A program made the position numbers and the translations under genes. Below are positions 29,729 through 32,000 of a stretch of DNA of 32,000 nt, piece by piece. Numbering within the stretch: the stretch's first letter is position 1; each line of letters opens with the position of its first letter. The stretch is from Methanothermobacter thermautotrophicus str. Delta H. GTDB lineage: Archaea > Methanobacteriota > Methanobacteria > Methanobacteriales > Methanothermobacteraceae. The notes below the pieces were generated by a model that had not been told where the DNA came from, searched no databases, and saw only the letters and a program-made list of their open reading frames with translations. The stretch covers positions 1,410,001 to 1,442,000 of the forward strand of contig NC_000916.1 of NCBI RefSeq assembly GCF_000008645.1, read 5' to 3'.

Positions 29729-30484
29729 TCAGGATAGTTCAACAATTTTAAATGGTTCGCCCTGAAAGAGATCAAACTTTAACATTCGGGGGGCGGCTAT
29801 CACATCACCCCTCCCTGTGATCAACTTGAGAACCTCCGCTGCCTGGAGGCAGCCGGTGATATTTGCCACGGGACCTATCACCGGAGGTGTTTTTGATGAT
29901 AGATCTCTGAGCTTCGCCTTCACATCAGCTGTGAGCTCAAGGCCCACAGATGGCAAACGGAAGAGTTCCTCATAGGATGGTGATCCCTCCCTGAATACAG
30001 TTACCTGACCCATGGAGCCATGTATGGCGCCGTGAATGAAGGGTATTCCCTCTGATGTGCACCTCCTTGATGCAATCACCCTTGATGTTATGTTATCAAG
30101 GGCATCAACCACGGCATCGCTGCCAGGTATTATTTCAGCTGCATTTTCTTCATCGAAGATTTCATGATAAACCTTGACCCTGCTGAAGGGGTTTACGGTG
30201 CGAATACGCTCCGCTGCAACATCAACCTTGGGGATCCGGAGGTCCCTGAAGCTGCTCATGAGCTGCCTGTTGATGTTCGAGACGTCAAAGACGTCACTGT
30301 CAATTATTCTGAGACTGCCCACACCCATCCGTGCAAGCATCTCAACTGCAGCGCCACCTATACCTCCGCAGCCGATCACAGAAACAGTGGAATCCTTGAG
30401 CTTTAACTGGTCTGCCCTTGAAAGTAAACCCATCTGCCGGCTGACCATCTCCCAGTAAGCCATACCCTCATATCTCTCAGGCAT
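29729..30484 (-). CDS. ThiF/MoeB/HesA-family E1-like adenylyltransferase
   Basis: 251 aa; VSVIGCGGIGGAAVEMLARMGVGSLRIIDSDVFDVSNINRQLM, DAVVDALDNITSRVIASRRC. Confidence 0.88.
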   Translation of the reverse strand: MPERYEGMAYWEMVSRQMGLLSRADQLKLKDSTVSVIGCGGIGGAAVEMLARMGVGSLRIIDSDVFDVSNINRQLMSSFRDLRIPKVDVAAERIRTVNPFSRVKVYHEIFDEENAAEIIPGSDAVVDALDNITSRVIASRRCTSEGIPFIHGAIHGSMGQVTVFREGSPSYEELFRLPSVGLELTADVKAKLRDLSSKTPPVIGPVANITGCLQAAEVLKLITGRGDVIAAPRMLKFDLFQGEPFKIVELS

Positions 30485-30815
30485 TCAAACCCTCTTTCAT
30501 GTTCTTGCATAATACTATGTGTGTGTTGATATAAATCATGAGGGGGTCATCCTGTAGGACCACAGCCTTATATCTGCTTGCAGCATGAGCCTATCACTGG
30601 AGATCCTGTGGGAAAGATTCTTCAGATCAGTGAAAAGCAGATGTCTGGGGCGGTCCTCTGGAGCCATTCTGAAATCGAAAAACAGTTCGGTTCAGGGAAG
30701 GGGTTTTATTATCTCCAATTTAAAGAAACGTGATTTTTGTTTTTTCAGAAGAATTCATCTTTTCTGTTTTAAGGATAAAAAAGTTTTTTTTGAATGCAAA
30801 AATGGGGGGTTAAAG

Positions 30816-30934
<119 letters not shown>

Positions 30935-31037
30935 CAAGATCAGTTTTCATCAAATTTAAACTTTTCTGTCAGGGGTGCAATCATTATTATGAAATGCCAC
31001 CATAATTATATATGAATTTTCTTTGCGGGGGTTTAAT

Positions 31038-32000
31038 GTGTCTGATGATCTTGATTTCTCAGAGGGGGCCTGTGGGATATGTCATGCAGTCCTCGCAGAT
31101 ATCTCCAGGACCGGCTTCATGGTTGAAACAGCAGAGTACCCTGAGGGTGTCAGGGCCAGGATAACTGACCCTTCAGGGGATTCTGTGGGGGAGGGTTCGG
31201 ATATAACCTGGGCCCCGGCGATACTCGAGGCCGAGATCAATGCAGGATTTCTGGATGACGAAGCTGCAGATAAACTCTCGCCCTTCCTGACAGGCAGGAG
31301 AGACCAGATACGGGTTGCAGAGATGTCTGGCTACGGGAGGGTTGTTAACACAGCCTCCATGATAATATCTGATATCTGGTCGGCTGGGGGTTCAGTTGAG
31401 GTCAGAAGGGACGGCCCTGGCATAGAGGTCATACTATACTCTGCAGAAGGTGATGAAATTGTATCTGCAGCATCAGGTTTCTGCCCGGTCTGTGCAGTAA
31501 ACATAGCAGCTTCAAGGGTGCCATCAATCAGGAGGAGGATGGCATCCAGGAAATCCAGAAACACGGGAATGGAAAAGTATGAGAGAGGGGTGACCGGCAG
31601 GGTCGCCTGGAGGAGGAACAGGATCCATGTATCCCTCCTTGAGAATGGGGAGGTCATCGGCAGGAACTGGGGGTGCTGCATAGCCTATGCAACGGTGAGG
31701 GCGGAGATAGATGCTGGATTTGGAAGCAGCAAGTGGAACCGCATCTTTAAGAATTACTGTGACCTCTGTCCCCTGAAACATTTCTGGTTCGGGAAATCCA
31801 TGGGTGCCCTCGGAAACAGGATACTTCAGAGGATGACCAGGGTCGGTGTGAGGGAACATGTAAGGATGGAAGATTATATAACTGTGGATATCCTATCTGG
31901 TGATAGGAGGGTTGGATGTGGTATAGGAACGCTCTGCTCATTCAGTGCAACCGTCAATGCACTCCTGAGATCCGATGCTTCCCTCATCCTGAAACCGGAC
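31038..32000 (+). CDS. Cysteine-rich protein of unknown function (partial, runs off the window)
   Basis: Manual translation from GTG 31038: MSDDLDFSEGACGICHAVLADISRTGFMVETAEYPEGVRARITDPSGDSVGEG...FCPVCAVNIAASRVPS...NWGCCIAYATVRAEIDAG...NYCDLCPLKHFWFGKSMG...; no stop to 32000; TATA-like ataattatatatg upstream. Missing from the ORF track because it has no stop in the window. Confidence 0.75.
   Translation, partial: MSDDLDFSEGACGICHAVLADISRTGFMVETAEYPEGVRARITDPSGDSVGEGSDITWAPAILEAEINAGFLDDEAADKLSPFLTGRRDQIRVAEMSGYGRVVNTASMIISDIWSAGGSVEVRRDGPGIEVILYSAEGDEIVSAASGFCPVCAVNIAASRVPSIRRRMASRKSRNTGMEKYERGVTGRVAWRRNRIHVSLLENGEVIGRNWGCCIAYATVRAEIDAGFGSSKWNRIFKNYCDLCPLKHFWFGKSMGALGNRILQRMTRVGVREHVRMEDYITVDILSGDRRVGCGIGTLCSFSATVNALLRSDASLILKPD

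Overview
This 32 kb window is an archaeal chromosomal segment. Gene content and order match the Methanothermobacter lineage (genus assignment is inference from protein families and synteny, not from a search). Most of it forms a dense Mo/W-pterin enzyme and nitrogen-metabolism neighbourhood. From left to right: (1) a partial PfkB-family sugar/nucleoside kinase, a ModE/LysR-like regulator and a SIS-domain isomerase; (2) an fdhD, NuoE-like, NuoF-like, moaA, mobB and NuoG/FdhF-like formate dehydrogenase alpha-subunit module; (3) the tungsten formylmethanofuran dehydrogenase operon fwdHFGDACB; (4) a nifH-nifI1-nifI2-nifD-nifK-nifE-nifN cluster, followed by a tiny interrupted ORF and an uncharacterised molybdopterin oxidoreductase; (5) a small conserved-looking protein with the nitrogen repressor nrpR, then glnA and a ThiF/MoeB-like E1 enzyme; (6) an intron-containing tRNA-Met(CAT) and the start of a cysteine-rich protein of unknown function. 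No CRISPR array, mobile element or rRNA was recognised. The best leads are the bacterial-looking NuoE/NuoF/FdhA electron-transfer module in a methanogen, the Mo-oxidoreductase attached to the nif cluster, a GGAA-N6-TTCC operator in the glnA promoter paired with a nested palindrome at the nifH promoter, and a palindrome just upstream of fwdH, which encodes an HTH-ferredoxin fusion.
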